Part shown: one piece after another, positions 19,544-29,408 of the stretch
Numbering within the stretch: position 1 is the stretch's first letter
How the letters are laid out: every line of letters starts with the position of its first letter
Source of the DNA: a virus
Lineage: Duplodnaviria; Heunggongvirae; Uroviricota; Caudoviricetes
DNA length: 64,000 nucleotides
Virus record (IMG/VR): IMGVR_UViG_3300009709_000002
Coordinates: 1 to 64,000 of that record
Strand: one strand, 5' to 3'
Notes under the pieces: model-generated
Databases searched by the model: none
What the model was told of the DNA's origin: nothing
What the model saw: only the letters and a program-made list of their open reading frames with translations
Program-made: the position numbers and the translations under genes

Positions 19544-20368
19544 TTAGAAACTTGCAAATTCGTCAAGACCGGCATCAATTAGAGCTGATTGAGCATCTAC
19601 AACATCTCCGCTATCCCAAAACTCTTTCAGAATTTCCATAGCTTTTTTCATCTTAGTATTATTGTATGAATGGTTAAGACGGACATCAGAATAGTCAATA
19701 CCAAGCTTCAGCAAACCTAGAATGTTAGATGAAATATCAGTGGCTTCACCAAGCTTAATGAACTCTATACCCTTCACGTTCTTGATACCTTTGAAAGACT
19801 TCAACAGCGGAGTTTCCGTGATTGTGAGAGGACCATTGAATGATTGTGGCATTCCTTCAAGTGACCGAAGGCTGCTCATGTAGGACAAATCCATCGATCT
19901 GACTTCATTGACGGTTGATCCGCCAAATGAACGAAGACGCTCACATTTGAACAAACTGAATCGTTCAACTTTTTCAGGCAAACCTTGAAGTGAAGTAACC
20001 CCAACTGATTCCAGGTAGACATCTGGTGGAGATACATTCTTGCCTTGACTAATGTTCTCACAGCCTTTCAAGTCATGCAAATTTGGACACTCTTCAATAC
20101 GCAGCACCGTCATGCCTGTCGGCATCTTGAAGCTATCGAATGATGAAATTGGTGAATCAAGAACTGAAAACTCACCACCATTGATCTCAAGATCATACGG
20201 CACCGATGTGACATTATGCTTCAACGCAATTTCCTTGTGCCCACCAGTGCGAACCAGGCGACCATCATGAATGTAGAATTGAATTTGTCTACCGCTATGA
20301 GTGTTCTTTTCCCACCACGTCTTGGCTTTTTCTAGTTCTTCTTGGGAGAGAGCTTCTTTGAGTTTCAT
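19544..20368 (-). CDS. leucine-rich-repeat-like late protein
   Basis: Repeats L.SL.G.P (LHDLKGC, SLQGLP, SLEGMP, LKSFKGI); late box at 20396. Confidence 0.75.
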   Translation of the reverse strand: MKLKEALSQEELEKAKTWWEKNTHSGRQIQFYIHDGRLVRTGGHKEIALKHNVTSVPYDLEINGGEFSVLDSPISSFDSFKMPTGMTVLRIEECPNLHDLKGCENISQGKNVSPPDVYLESVGVTSLQGLPEKVERFSLFKCERLRSFGGSTVNEVRSMDLSYMSSLRSLEGMPQSFNGPLTITETPLLKSFKGIKNVKGIEFIKLGEATDISSNILGLLKLGIDYSDVRLNHSYNNTKMKKAMEILKEFWDSGDVVDAQSALIDAGLDEFASF

Positions 20369-20433
20369 AAGATGTCACAAAAGGTTGGAATGAGATATTT
20401 ATCGGCCATATCTCACCCAACCTTTTAAGTGAC

Positions 20434-21012
20434 TTATGCAGTCACGAGTTCAAACTTCTTACCAGCCTTATCGTGCCGCTTCCACTTAATCTTGAAAGAA
20501 TCGGAATTGATTCCTCCAAACATCTCAGCGTTAGCGTGCAGTTCACATAACGTAGTTAGCCAAAGTGTAAATCCGAGCGGGTGAGTAAAGTATGGTTCCA
20601 GTTCTTCACCACGAAGAGTATGAAACGTCATATCCAAGCGAATCAGCTCAGCAGCGAGGAAGTTGTTGCTGTGCTGGAGAAACTGCCTGTATGAAGCTTC
20701 AGCGTGACCAGGAAAATGTTGCCGTCCATCTTCATCCACCGTGCGGCAGATGTGCTTACCACAGTCATGGTAGATTTGATAGAGCCTGATCGTTTCTTCA
20801 TTCGGAAGAGTGTGCTTAAAGTTCTCCCAAAGTTCTTGAATGTAGCTCGGCAATCTCCATTCAGAAGTCAGTGGGCTGCGATATTCAAGATGGTCAAAGA
20901 GCTCCATCCACTTTTCATGCACAGCTTGACCATGTTGGAGCATGTTCATATTCTCGAACTGGAAACATTCTTTCATCGGTTGTTCGAGCTTGTCAAAGTT
21001 TACCTACGTCAT
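20434..21012 (-). CDS. HD-domain phosphohydrolase with in-frame TAG at codon 3
   Basis: QHG..V, YHDCGK, HF.GHA motifs; SD AGGAG-7nt-ATG ACG TAG in frame with ATG 20976. Confidence 0.8.
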
Positions 21013-21013
21013 T

Positions 21014-21529
21014 TTAAATCTCCTTTAAAGCGGTTAATTGTTTACGAAGGTCCGAGTACTCTAGTAACATCCTGTACCCATCTCCTTTACTCCAAGTCAC
21101 CGAACTTGGAAGTCGGTAACGATCTTCAGCAATACAACGCATACATGAAGCTGGAACTGCTGTACAATCTCCGGCGTGCATCTCAGAGTTTTCAATCTCA
21201 GGTCTAAGATGCTTGGTGAAGTAATCACCATCTGTCTCAAACCACTCTACATCATCAGGCCTGTCCATCATTTTCTCGATGCGAATAATCACCTCGAGAG
21301 AATCCTTCTTCAACTGCTCAAAGTCTTTATTTGACGTGATAAGCGGCTTATAATCAGGATCATTGAGTGTCTTAACTAGGTCTATCAAATCGAGAAAATC
21401 ATACTCTAATTCCTCCCAGACCGTGCGCATATGAGCTAGTTTATGATCTTTCTCATTCAATTCTGGAGCTTTTGGCCCTAGAATGGCACGAAGCTCTGTC
21501 ATTCTAGCTTCAATTTCTTCTTTCGTCAT
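21014..21529 (-). CDS. hypothetical protein (H.GDCT..P.SC.RC motif)
   Basis: Start reassigned to MTKEEIE (SD GGAG). Confidence 0.75.
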   Translation of the reverse strand: MTKEEIEARMTELRAILGPKAPELNEKDHKLAHMRTVWEELEYDFLDLIDLVKTLNDPDYKPLITSNKDFEQLKKDSLEVIIRIEKMMDRPDDVEWFETDGDYFTKHLRPEIENSEMHAGDCTAVPASCMRCIAEDRYRLPSSVTWSKGDGYRMLLEYSDLRKQLTALKEI

Positions 21530-21530
21530 C

Positions 21531-22055
21531 TTAGGCTCCGTATTTCTTTTGAAGATCTTTAAGAAGTTCACGATCTTTCGCCTCCTGTTCTGCTTGAGCT
21601 TTACGAGCCAGAGCTTGCGCCCGAAGTCTGCCCAACTCCTTATCTTTCTCTGCTTCTTTCGTGAAAATCTCTTTAAGCTGTTCATTCGTCATGTTAAGCC
21701 ATGACAGATGGAAGAAGTTTTTGTAGTCCTTGTTGTCGTAGTACTCTGAACCGTGATCACAGCCAAGAGCATATTCGCCTTGGAGCAGCAAGTATTCACC
21801 ATCAATACCGTCGTACGTGAGCTCTGTGAACGTGAGCCAGTTGCGGTAGTTGTTGTACCAACCAAACTTACCCTCGATCTTCAAGCCGTGTTCATGCTGA
21901 ATACGAGTGCGCATCTTTGAGATTTCATTGATGCGATGTTCGATACCAGACTTGAAGTCTGCAGCAGCTTCAGTGATCTGAGCGTGGAGCTGGAGCTGCT
22001 CAGCTGAAAACTGGTCTGAGTTAAGAGCTTCTTGGATTTGTTCGAATGCGTTCAT
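21531..22055 (-). CDS. hypothetical protein
   Basis: Start reassigned to MNAFEQI (SD AGGAG). Confidence 0.75.
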   Translation of the reverse strand: MNAFEQIQEALNSDQFSAEQLQLHAQITEAAADFKSGIEHRINEISKMRTRIQHEHGLKIEGKFGWYNNYRNWLTFTELTYDGIDGEYLLLQGEYALGCDHGSEYYDNKDYKNFFHLSWLNMTNEQLKEIFTKEAEKDKELGRLRAQALARKAQAEQEAKDRELLKDLQKKYGA

Positions 22056-22066
22056 GGTAGTTCTCC

Positions 22067-22441
22067 TTAGGCGGCTTGAGCGATTTGCTCGTAGGGGTTT
22101 CTCCAAAGGCGGTATTTCCGCAAATGGATACGCTGTTCATCGAGGATTGGAAGTGTGGCAAACGCCGTGTAGCTAGGCTCGTAACCAAGGTGTGAATCCG
22201 GTTCATAAAAGATCTCGGACACAATGCCTTTTTCCTGAAGAGCTGCACGAGCTTTCAGAAGCTGAGCTTCACTTTTTACTTGAAGGATAATGATCGATGG
22301 CGTCTGCATGTATTGTCTGGATTGCCCAGCCAGCAGCCCTGCCTGAAGAGAACCGTGATTCGATTGTGCGAGTTGTTGGGCCAAGGGAAGGTCCGTCCGC
22401 ACGAACACGTAGCAGTAAGTTTTGTCGTGAATCTACAACAT
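22067..22441 (-). CDS. PTH2-like peptidyl-tRNA hydrolase with in-frame TAG at codon 3
   Basis: YVFVRTDL..AQQLAQSNH, IILQVKSEAQL, FYEPD, TAFAT.P; SD AGGAG-7nt-ATG TTG TAG in frame. Confidence 0.8.
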
Positions 22442-22527
22442 GATTAAGCTCCTTTAAAGTTTGTATTTATCGATCAAATTTATCAACCGATAAGACATTA
22501 TAAACCATCTTATGGTAAAAGTAAACA

Positions 22528-22553
22528 ACAAAGGCGACCGAAGCCGCCTTTGT
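22528..22553 (-). terminator. intrinsic terminator
   Basis: ACAAAGGCGACCGAAGCCGCCTTTGT. Confidence 0.7.
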
Positions 22554-22568
22554 TTCAAACCTTGAAGC

Positions 22569-23411
22569 TTAGATCTTCACATCGTGCGAACCGAAGGCGA
22601 GCTTCGATACAGCATCCAGGAAGCCGCGCGAGATCCAGAAAACGCGATCGCAGATAGTGCGGATGACACGAGCCAGGAGCAGGTGGAGAACCGTGATCGG
22701 CCATTCCAGCGCCGTTGCTGTGAGCATCGTCTTGCAGTGAATCGCTTTCGGCGGCAGCATAGCGTGAAGGATAGCATCCATGCGAGCCAGACCCTTGTCA
22801 GCATCCTTCACTGCGTTGGCCATCAGGCTCGAACGATCGGAGCTGGTGATCGAGGTCATCGCGTCGGCGATCTTGGCGCTGCCGTAGATGGTGCGCGAGT
22901 TATCAGCGATAGCCTTGATCTGGATGTACTTCTTCACATGGTCTTGCGACAGGCCGTACTTGGCGAGATTGCCGACTTCGATGTTCTCGTTGTTCGGATC
23001 GTCTTCCGTCGGAGTACCGAGCTTGGCGATGATCGACTCAGCGAAGGCATCCCAGTTGGTTTTCACCGAAGCGATGACTGCATCTTGGTAGCGATCTTTC
23101 ACGTGCCAGCTGTAGAACACCCAGTTCACGAAGGATACGACCAACCCAGCGACGGCGTAGTAGGCGAGCAGTTGAATCGTGCCGAGGACGACGCCGTGAG
23201 AGTGAATTGCAGCGCTGATGTAATCGCGACCGACGAGTCCGGCCAAGATCAGAGTCGGTACGAAGGCAGCGGTTGCTCCACCGTACGAGTGGTCATCGAA
23301 CAGGTTGACTGCGATGATGAGTAGGATGACCATGATGACGAGGGCGGCCCATCCGAAAAATGCGAATCCGGAGATGAACGCGAGCCCTGCTCCAAACAGT
23401 TCTGCTATCAT
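22569..23411 (-). CDS. multi-pass membrane protein
   Basis: Several hydrophobic segments. Confidence 0.8.
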   Translation of the reverse strand: MIAELFGAGLAFISGFAFFGWAALVIMVILLIIAVNLFDDHSYGGATAAFVPTLILAGLVGRDYISAAIHSHGVVLGTIQLLAYYAVAGLVVSFVNWVFYSWHVKDRYQDAVIASVKTNWDAFAESIIAKLGTPTEDDPNNENIEVGNLAKYGLSQDHVKKYIQIKAIADNSRTIYGSAKIADAMTSITSSDRSSLMANAVKDADKGLARMDAILHAMLPPKAIHCKTMLTATALEWPITVLHLLLARVIRTICDRVFWISRGFLDAVSKLAFGSHDVKI

Positions 23412-23469
23412 TGTTAACTTCCTTTTACTAGGTGAGAGAGATTGGGCGCTAGCATCAGCACCCGGATGG

Positions 23470-24402
23470 TTACTGCTTGTGGGCGTTTGCCTTGATTGCG
23501 GCGAGGGCAGCCGGGTGGATCGGCCACTTGACTTGCTCGATGCTCAGCGGATCAACCTGCTTCCACTTGGGATGGCCGGTCATTTCCAGGTCAGGCTCCT
23601 TCTTCACGATGCACGTGACGAGCTGAGAGATTTCCTTCGCCATGACAGGGTTTTTGTAGTCATATGTGGCGAGGATCGATTTGACAGCGTAGGTCTGCAC
23701 CGGCGTGGTTTGCCAAGCGTAGATGCCTTCTGGCACCGAGGCGCGGATGTAGAAGTCATCCAGTGCCGGATTGCTGAGAGAGATCATCTTCACGACGCCC
23801 TTGGCGCTGGCACCGAGATCGGCAAGCAGCTTCACCGGTGTACCGGCGACGACGATCATCGCGTCATATTGACCACTGACGAGACCAACCACGGACTGAG
23901 CCGGAGCTTGCTCGATCGAAGTCCAGCGAATACCGGTTTTCGACTGAATGATGTTGGCCGAGACCCAGTTGCCGGAGCCTTGCTGTCCGATGACGACCTT
24001 CTTGCCAGCCAGGTCGGCAAGCTTGTTGATGCCGGAACGCGTGTTGACGACGACGTTGATTTCTTCGTTGTACAACGGGAAGACCTGCTTGATCTTCGAC
24101 ATGCTCGTCGGATCATTCAGGTTCTTGTAGATCAGCGCATCTTGTTGCACGATGCCGTACTGCACCTTCGGATCGGAGAAGATGCGATCGAGGTTGCTGA
24201 GTGAACCAGCCGACTCGTACACACTGATGTTGATCATCGGGCATTCACGCTTGATGTCTTGCGCCATCGCGTAGTACGTTGCCGTGGATGAGCCGGTGCT
24301 GATTCCAACATCAGCTTTCGCTGCCGACGCAACGCTTCCCAAAAACGAGCCGAGCATCGCTGCGGCTCCGATCACTACTACACGACGAATATTCATTCGC
24401 AT
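23470..24402 (-). CDS. TAXI-family TRAP solute-binding protein
   Basis: STGSSTATYY, SAGSLSNL, VQQDAL, PLYNEEI, DLAGKKVVIGQQGSG, P.HPAA. Confidence 0.9.
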   Translation of the reverse strand: MRMNIRRVVVIGAAAMLGSFLGSVASAAKADVGISTGSSTATYYAMAQDIKRECPMINISVYESAGSLSNLDRIFSDPKVQYGIVQQDALIYKNLNDPTSMSKIKQVFPLYNEEINVVVNTRSGINKLADLAGKKVVIGQQGSGNWVSANIIQSKTGIRWTSIEQAPAQSVVGLVSGQYDAMIVVAGTPVKLLADLGASAKGVVKMISLSNPALDDFYIRASVPEGIYAWQTTPVQTYAVKSILATYDYKNPVMAKEISQLVTCIVKKEPDLEMTGHPKWKQVDPLSIEQVKWPIHPAALAAIKANAHKQ

Positions 24403-24439
24403 TTCACACTCCCTAAAGGATTCGGAAAGATAGGCCGAG

Positions 24440-24766
24440 TTACATCTTGCCCATGGATTTCATCTTGTCGATGGCGCTGTCGCCGTCGGACGGTGCAGCT
24501 TGCTGGATTTGCGGTTGCTGCGACGCCTGGTATTGCGGAACAGCTTCTTGCTGCGGCTGCTGGACGACAGGTGGTGATACAGGCTGGATGTTTGCCGGTG
24601 GCGGTACTTGCGACGGCTGTTCCTGCGGTGTGATGTCGACCTGCGGAGCATCTTGCGTCGGGTGCTTCAACTTATAGTTGTCATACCCGTAGTTCGCTCC
24701 GTATCCCACTACACCTACGACTGCTGCGATCAGCAGTAACTTAGGAAGCGTTTTGATTCTTGCCAT
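24440..24766 (-). CDS. membrane-anchored Gln/Pro-rich protein
   Basis: N-terminus MARIKTLPKLLLIA similar to that of the SBP-OmpA protein. Confidence 0.75.
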   Translation of the reverse strand: MARIKTLPKLLLIAAVVGVVGYGANYGYDNYKLKHPTQDAPQVDITPQEQPSQVPPPANIQPVSPPVVQQPQQEAVPQYQASQQPQIQQAAPSDGDSAIDKMKSMGKM

Positions 24767-24850
24767 TGCAGTCTCCTACAAAAGTATTAAAGAGAAATTC
24801 TTGACGACAGATACATTATAAACTATCGTCAATATCCGGTAAACACATTC

Positions 24851-25663
24851 TTAAAGAGTTTTGAACAAATTGAGGAGCTCTTTCATCAAAGGATTGTAGT
24901 TTGGTTGGTGACGAACGTCATCATGCCAAGCCAAATCCATGTCGATCAAGTTGTACATCGCCTTGATCGTCGCACCTTTGGAGTTACCTTGCTCATCACG
25001 ATCACGGCCAAGAACCCAGATGCTGTCAGCGATAGCGATCGCCGAGCCGATGTCGTGAGTTGTCAGAATGATGGTATTGAGCTCATCAGCAGTCGAAACT
25101 TCATGAATAAGAGTGCTCACCTCATCCTTAGCGATGATGTCCAAGCCTGAAAATGGTTCATCCATCAGCAAGAAGTGAGTGCTACACAAAAGCTGTTGCA
25201 TGATCGCTACACGTTGCCGTTGACCACCTGACAGTTCACCTGGATAATTGTTCTGCTTTTCAAGCATCCCAAAACGCTCAAGCATCTTCAATGCTTCTTG
25301 TTTCGGATCTTTCAAATCATGACCTGCCAACTTCAAGTTGCTGATGATAGTGCGATGGTTCAACAGCGGGTAGTGTTGTTGAACAACACCAACTTGACCA
25401 GCTTGAACTTCCTTCTCTGTTCCATTCAGCTTAACTATTCCAGCTGTAGGCTTTTGCAACCCAGCGATGCACCGGAAAAGCTGGGTCTTCCCGATACCTG
25501 ATGGACCGAGAAGCGCCACCACCTGGCCCTGCATCATGTTTGGGCGAACGATATTGTCGATCTTAAGGTTGATGTTGTTCAAGATCGGACGATCATACTC
25601 AACATTCAGATTTTCAACCGTTAGGAGCCGCTCGGCCAGCTTGTATTCAAATGTAGATGACAT
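24851..25663 (-). CDS. ABC transporter ATPase (TauB/SsuB-like)
   Basis: GPSGIGKT, LSGGQRQR, LLMDEPFSGLD, TH. Confidence 0.93.
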   Translation of the reverse strand: MSSTFEYKLAERLLTVENLNVEYDRPILNNINLKIDNIVRPNMMQGQVVALLGPSGIGKTQLFRCIAGLQKPTAGIVKLNGTEKEVQAGQVGVVQQHYPLLNHRTIISNLKLAGHDLKDPKQEALKMLERFGMLEKQNNYPGELSGGQRQRVAIMQQLLCSTHFLLMDEPFSGLDIIAKDEVSTLIHEVSTADELNTIILTTHDIGSAIAIADSIWVLGRDRDEQGNSKGATIKAMYNLIDMDLAWHDDVRHQPNYNPLMKELLNLFKTL

Positions 25664-25674
25664 GATTAGCTCCT

Positions 25675-26457
25675 TTACTTTTTAGCTACTTCAGCGTACG
25701 GGCACAACAGCTTCTTCAAATATTGCAAAAAGATATCCTGCAAGATGCCGTACGTAAGAATTGTTACCTGAATTGCGAAGATATTGCTGAGAATCAGGTG
25801 ACGGTCTTGGTTTAGCAGCATGGCGCCGATACCGCCTTGCGACCTGGTCAAGCCTTCAACCATTGACAGTAGTGTCCAACCCATCGCAGCATTTTGACGA
25901 ATCGCATCGAGTACCTTGTCGATCCGACCTAGTATCACGATCTCCCAAGTTACTCGCCAGCCCTTGAGCTTGAGGGTTCGTGCGTAGTCGATCTCAGCTT
26001 GCTTAATGGTATCATTTTCGCCAAGCAGTGACGTGACCAAGAAGACCGTCATGCCGAACACGAGTAGGCCAATTTTTAACTCAGTGGCTCCGTTTGTCCA
26101 GATCGTGAAGAGATAAGTCAAACCTGCGAAGCCGAGAAAGCGCAAACCTGATACCGCCGAAGCGATTGGCTTGAAGAAATTTGAAGTTGAGGCGTACATC
26201 AAAGTCATCGAGATCGCTGATGAAATTCCGAGCGAGATCAAGATGGTCTTAATGGAGCTGAACAGTTCAGGCAGCAGGCCCGAGTGAAGAGCGAGAACGT
26301 TCCACGCCTTCATCGTTTCGAGCGGAGATGGAATCGTTTTGTTCGGTGACAACCACCAGAAAGCGAGAAAGGCGACGAGCTGAACAATGGCGAGCAACTT
26401 CATCAAGTTGGTGTTCAGCTCTTTGAACGGCAAAAACAAAGCCTTGAGATATTGCAT
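25675..26457 (-). CDS. ABC transporter permease (TauC/SsuC-like)
   Basis: IPSP, EAA-like IDYARTL, W..L..VE, GGIG. Confidence 0.88.
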   Translation of the reverse strand: MQYLKALFLPFKELNTNLMKLLAIVQLVAFLAFWWLSPNKTIPSPLETMKAWNVLALHSGLLPELFSSIKTILISLGISSAISMTLMYASTSNFFKPIASAVSGLRFLGFAGLTYLFTIWTNGATELKIGLLVFGMTVFLVTSLLGENDTIKQAEIDYARTLKLKGWRVTWEIVILGRIDKVLDAIRQNAAMGWTLLSMVEGLTRSQGGIGAMLLNQDRHLILSNIFAIQVTILTYGILQDIFLQYLKKLLCPYAEVAKK

Positions 26458-26588
26458 TGCTTATCCTGAAAATTGGATTGCCGGACTATCTTTGTTAGAT
26501 TAGTCCGGCAATGATATGGTTTTGGATCATGGTACCGAGAGGAGGAGAAGCTACGGCGCGACCCGAAGTTCTCCTCCAACACCTCCGG

Positions 26589-28361
26589 TTAGTTGGAGGT
26601 GTTCAGCAGCAGGATATCCACACGGCGGTTCTGTGCACGACCCGAAGCTGTGCTGTTATCAGCGACCGGATCAGCATCACCGAAGGCACGAGTACGAACA
26701 CGATCCAACGGGAACGAAGACGAGGCGTTAGCCAGAATCCAAGCCTTAACAGCTTCGGCACGAGCCTTGGACAGTTGCAGGTTCGAATCCGGGTTGCCGA
26801 CGTTATCGGTGTAGCCGTTGATCTGGACGGTCAAGCCCGAGACAGCCAACTGGTTGAGCAAGTCATCCAGCTGTTCGGTTGCACCAGCAGCGAAGGTAGC
26901 CTTGCCAGTTTGGAAGCTGATGTTCCAGGACTTCTTGGCGAAGGTTCCGGTCACCGCGGCGGCCGAGCTGTAGATCGGTGCAGCAGGTTGAGCGAGCGTA
27001 GTTGCCTTGCTGAGCAGCGATTGCAGGTACGTGGTGTTGACGACCGACTCATACGGCAGCAATGTCGGGAAGTCATCCGGGTAGAGATCATGATCGATCT
27101 TGCCGAAGACGTTGTAAACACGTTTGTACAGGTTGTCGTTGCCGTTCAGGCCGAACAAGAAGGCATTGTCTGCCAGACCGCTCGTCGTCGAGCCACCGAG
27201 TTGCACAGGTTGACCAGTCTTGTCATTCTCCACCGTACCGAGGTAGTATTTCTTCCAGTACGGACCGGTTTGTTCCTTGTACACCTTGGCCGAGACTTCC
27301 GAGCCGAGGGTCAAAGCCTGATCGTTCTGACGAACTTGTTCACCACCTTCAAGCGCAGCGGCCAGCATGTTCTGGACGTAGCCGGGATTTGCAGCATCCC
27401 ATTGCTTGTTGCCGATGATGATCGCCGGCATCTGGTAGATGTATTCCTTCGTCGACGCGATCGCTACGACGCCGCCCTTTTCCTTAGCAACCTTCACGTC
27501 GCCAGGAGTCCAGGTTGCCGTGCCGTTCACCGTGATGTTACGCTTTTCACTGGTGAGCTTTCCGTTCTGAACGACCGGACGATTTTCGCTGTAGCCTGCG
27601 ATGAGCTTCGCATCGGCATCCGTGAAGGCATCCACGCCGACGAAGTTCATTGCATCCGGATCATACGTCTTGAGGTCCGGGTTAACGCGGATTCCATTGT
27701 CTCCGGCCCACTTCACACAGATGTCCCAGTCACCGTCACGGATGACTGCGGCGATGAGCGAACCCTTCGCTTTCGAAGGATCGACCTTCACTTCCGGCGG
27801 CAGCATGCACTTGTCTTCGCCACGGGAGTAGCCTACCGAGCCGATGACTTCAGCCGATTGACCGAGCTTCTGGAGAGCAGCTTCGACCGATGCAGCGTAT
27901 TGCGGGAAACCATCACCCATGATCGAGACGAAGGCGGCGCCATCGGTCGGATTTGCAGTACCAGCCGCGACTTGCTTGGCGAAGGCGACCTGTTGAGCGA
28001 TCATCTGCGAGTAGTCATCCTGGCGTTCCAGGGTGAGCTTCACGCCGTGCTTGTCCATCAGGCTGCCCGGCGCAGTGGTGACGTCGCCGTTAGCGAACTG
28101 GAGTCCCATGGTTGCGTTCCACGGGAGAACCAGCATCTTCGCGGTGTAAGTTCCAGTAGCTGCGGCGATGTTGACGGCCGAGGTTCCAGTGCCGGCGCCT
28201 TGCGAGGCCGTCGGGAGATCAACAGCGGTCGGGACCGAAGCGGCTTGAATCGGCTTGCTATTGAAGTAGCCGCTATCGTATGCCTTGTTGACGGCGAAGG
28301 CGACGCCTCCGACGATCAACGCGATAACGAGAAGTTTCGGTGCAGTTTTAAGCTTTGCCAT
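26589..28361 (-). CDS. periplasmic binding protein fused to C-terminal OmpA domain
   Basis: GYSRGEDK PBP region; GYTDNVG, LSKARAEAV, NRRVDI. Confidence 0.9.
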   Translation of the reverse strand: MAKLKTAPKLLVIALIVGGVAFAVNKAYDSGYFNSKPIQAASVPTAVDLPTASQGAGTGTSAVNIAAATGTYTAKMLVLPWNATMGLQFANGDVTTAPGSLMDKHGVKLTLERQDDYSQMIAQQVAFAKQVAAGTANPTDGAAFVSIMGDGFPQYAASVEAALQKLGQSAEVIGSVGYSRGEDKCMLPPEVKVDPSKAKGSLIAAVIRDGDWDICVKWAGDNGIRVNPDLKTYDPDAMNFVGVDAFTDADAKLIAGYSENRPVVQNGKLTSEKRNITVNGTATWTPGDVKVAKEKGGVVAIASTKEYIYQMPAIIIGNKQWDAANPGYVQNMLAAALEGGEQVRQNDQALTLGSEVSAKVYKEQTGPYWKKYYLGTVENDKTGQPVQLGGSTTSGLADNAFLFGLNGNDNLYKRVYNVFGKIDHDLYPDDFPTLLPYESVVNTTYLQSLLSKATTLAQPAAPIYSSAAAVTGTFAKKSWNISFQTGKATFAAGATEQLDDLLNQLAVSGLTVQINGYTDNVGNPDSNLQLSKARAEAVKAWILANASSSFPLDRVRTRAFGDADPVADNSTASGRAQNRRVDILLLNTSN

Positions 28362-28376
28362 GATTTGCTTTGGTCC

Positions 28377-29390
28377 TTATTGCTTGTTGAAATACTTGGA
28401 GAAATCGGTCTGCTGAGTGGCGGTGATACCAGGCACATATTCAGCAGTGTGTTGTTCGAGCATGACGCGTTTTTGGTCGCCGAGCATGATCGAGTCAGCC
28501 TTCGACTCCCAGGCCTTGATACGTTCGAGAGCATCCGCTTCATACACGCCATTCGTCAGGTCGAGAGTGTCGATAAACGATTGCGAGCTGTCCATGAAGT
28601 TCTCGATCTCGCCGAGCTTGTTGCCGTAGTCGGCGGCGGTGTATTCCATCGCCTGATTGAAGAGCTCCCGAGCATCGTCATCACCTTTCAGGATAGCACG
28701 AGCTGCTTTCATCGCCGACCAGGAGGCGCGGATTGCGATACGTTCGCTTTCCTTGACTTCCACTTCGCTCTTGATGTCCTCGATCGTGACTTCCGAAGCT
28801 TCCTTGTACTTGTTCAAGGCGCGGTAGTGCAGACGAAGCGTGGACAGAAGGTTGCCGAGAGTCTCGTTGGATTTCTCCAAGCGACCGTTCTTACGGGAGT
28901 TCAATGCGAAGGCACCGACTGCACCTTTCTCATGAGCGACCTTCGCCATGGTGAGCGCTTGCTTGCTTTGCGCATCATTGTCGGCGATCTTGCGTTCGAG
29001 AATCTTGATCTGGCCGTTCAACTTCGAGATGCTATCGGTGATCAGAATGAGTTTCTTCTGAAGATCTTCGATGTATCCCTTCATGATGCCGATCGGATCG
29101 ATTTCCACGAACGTACCGGTGATGGCACGCATCGCCGATTTGAACATGTACTTCGCCAGATTCTGGAACTTGCTGTTGGTTGCGATGTACAAAATCGCCG
29201 CCAAGATGCCGCCCATGATCGCCAAGGTGATGCCTTTGCCCAGGATGTCGATGCCGGTGTTCATCACACCGAGAATCGTATCACCGAACAGCTTGATGAG
29301 GAAGAATGCACCCACACCGATTGCTGCGAGTGTTACCATCCCCGTGGTGCCTTCGGGACGTTCCCAGAAGGACTTTACTTTGTTTTCCAT
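28377..29390 (-). CDS. membrane-anchored coiled-coil (PspA-like) protein
   Basis: Two TM segments then DPIGIM and a long coiled coil. Confidence 0.7.
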   Translation of the reverse strand: MENKVKSFWERPEGTTGMVTLAAIGVGAFFLIKLFGDTILGVMNTGIDILGKGITLAIMGGILAAILYIATNSKFQNLAKYMFKSAMRAITGTFVEIDPIGIMKGYIEDLQKKLILITDSISKLNGQIKILERKIADNDAQSKQALTMAKVAHEKGAVGAFALNSRKNGRLEKSNETLGNLLSTLRLHYRALNKYKEASEVTIEDIKSEVEVKESERIAIRASWSAMKAARAILKGDDDARELFNQAMEYTAADYGNKLGEIENFMDSSQSFIDTLDLTNGVYEADALERIKAWESKADSIMLGDQKRVMLEQHTAEYVPGITATQQTDFSKYFNKQ

Positions 29391-29408
29391 GATTTCCTCT
29401 ACAGATGT

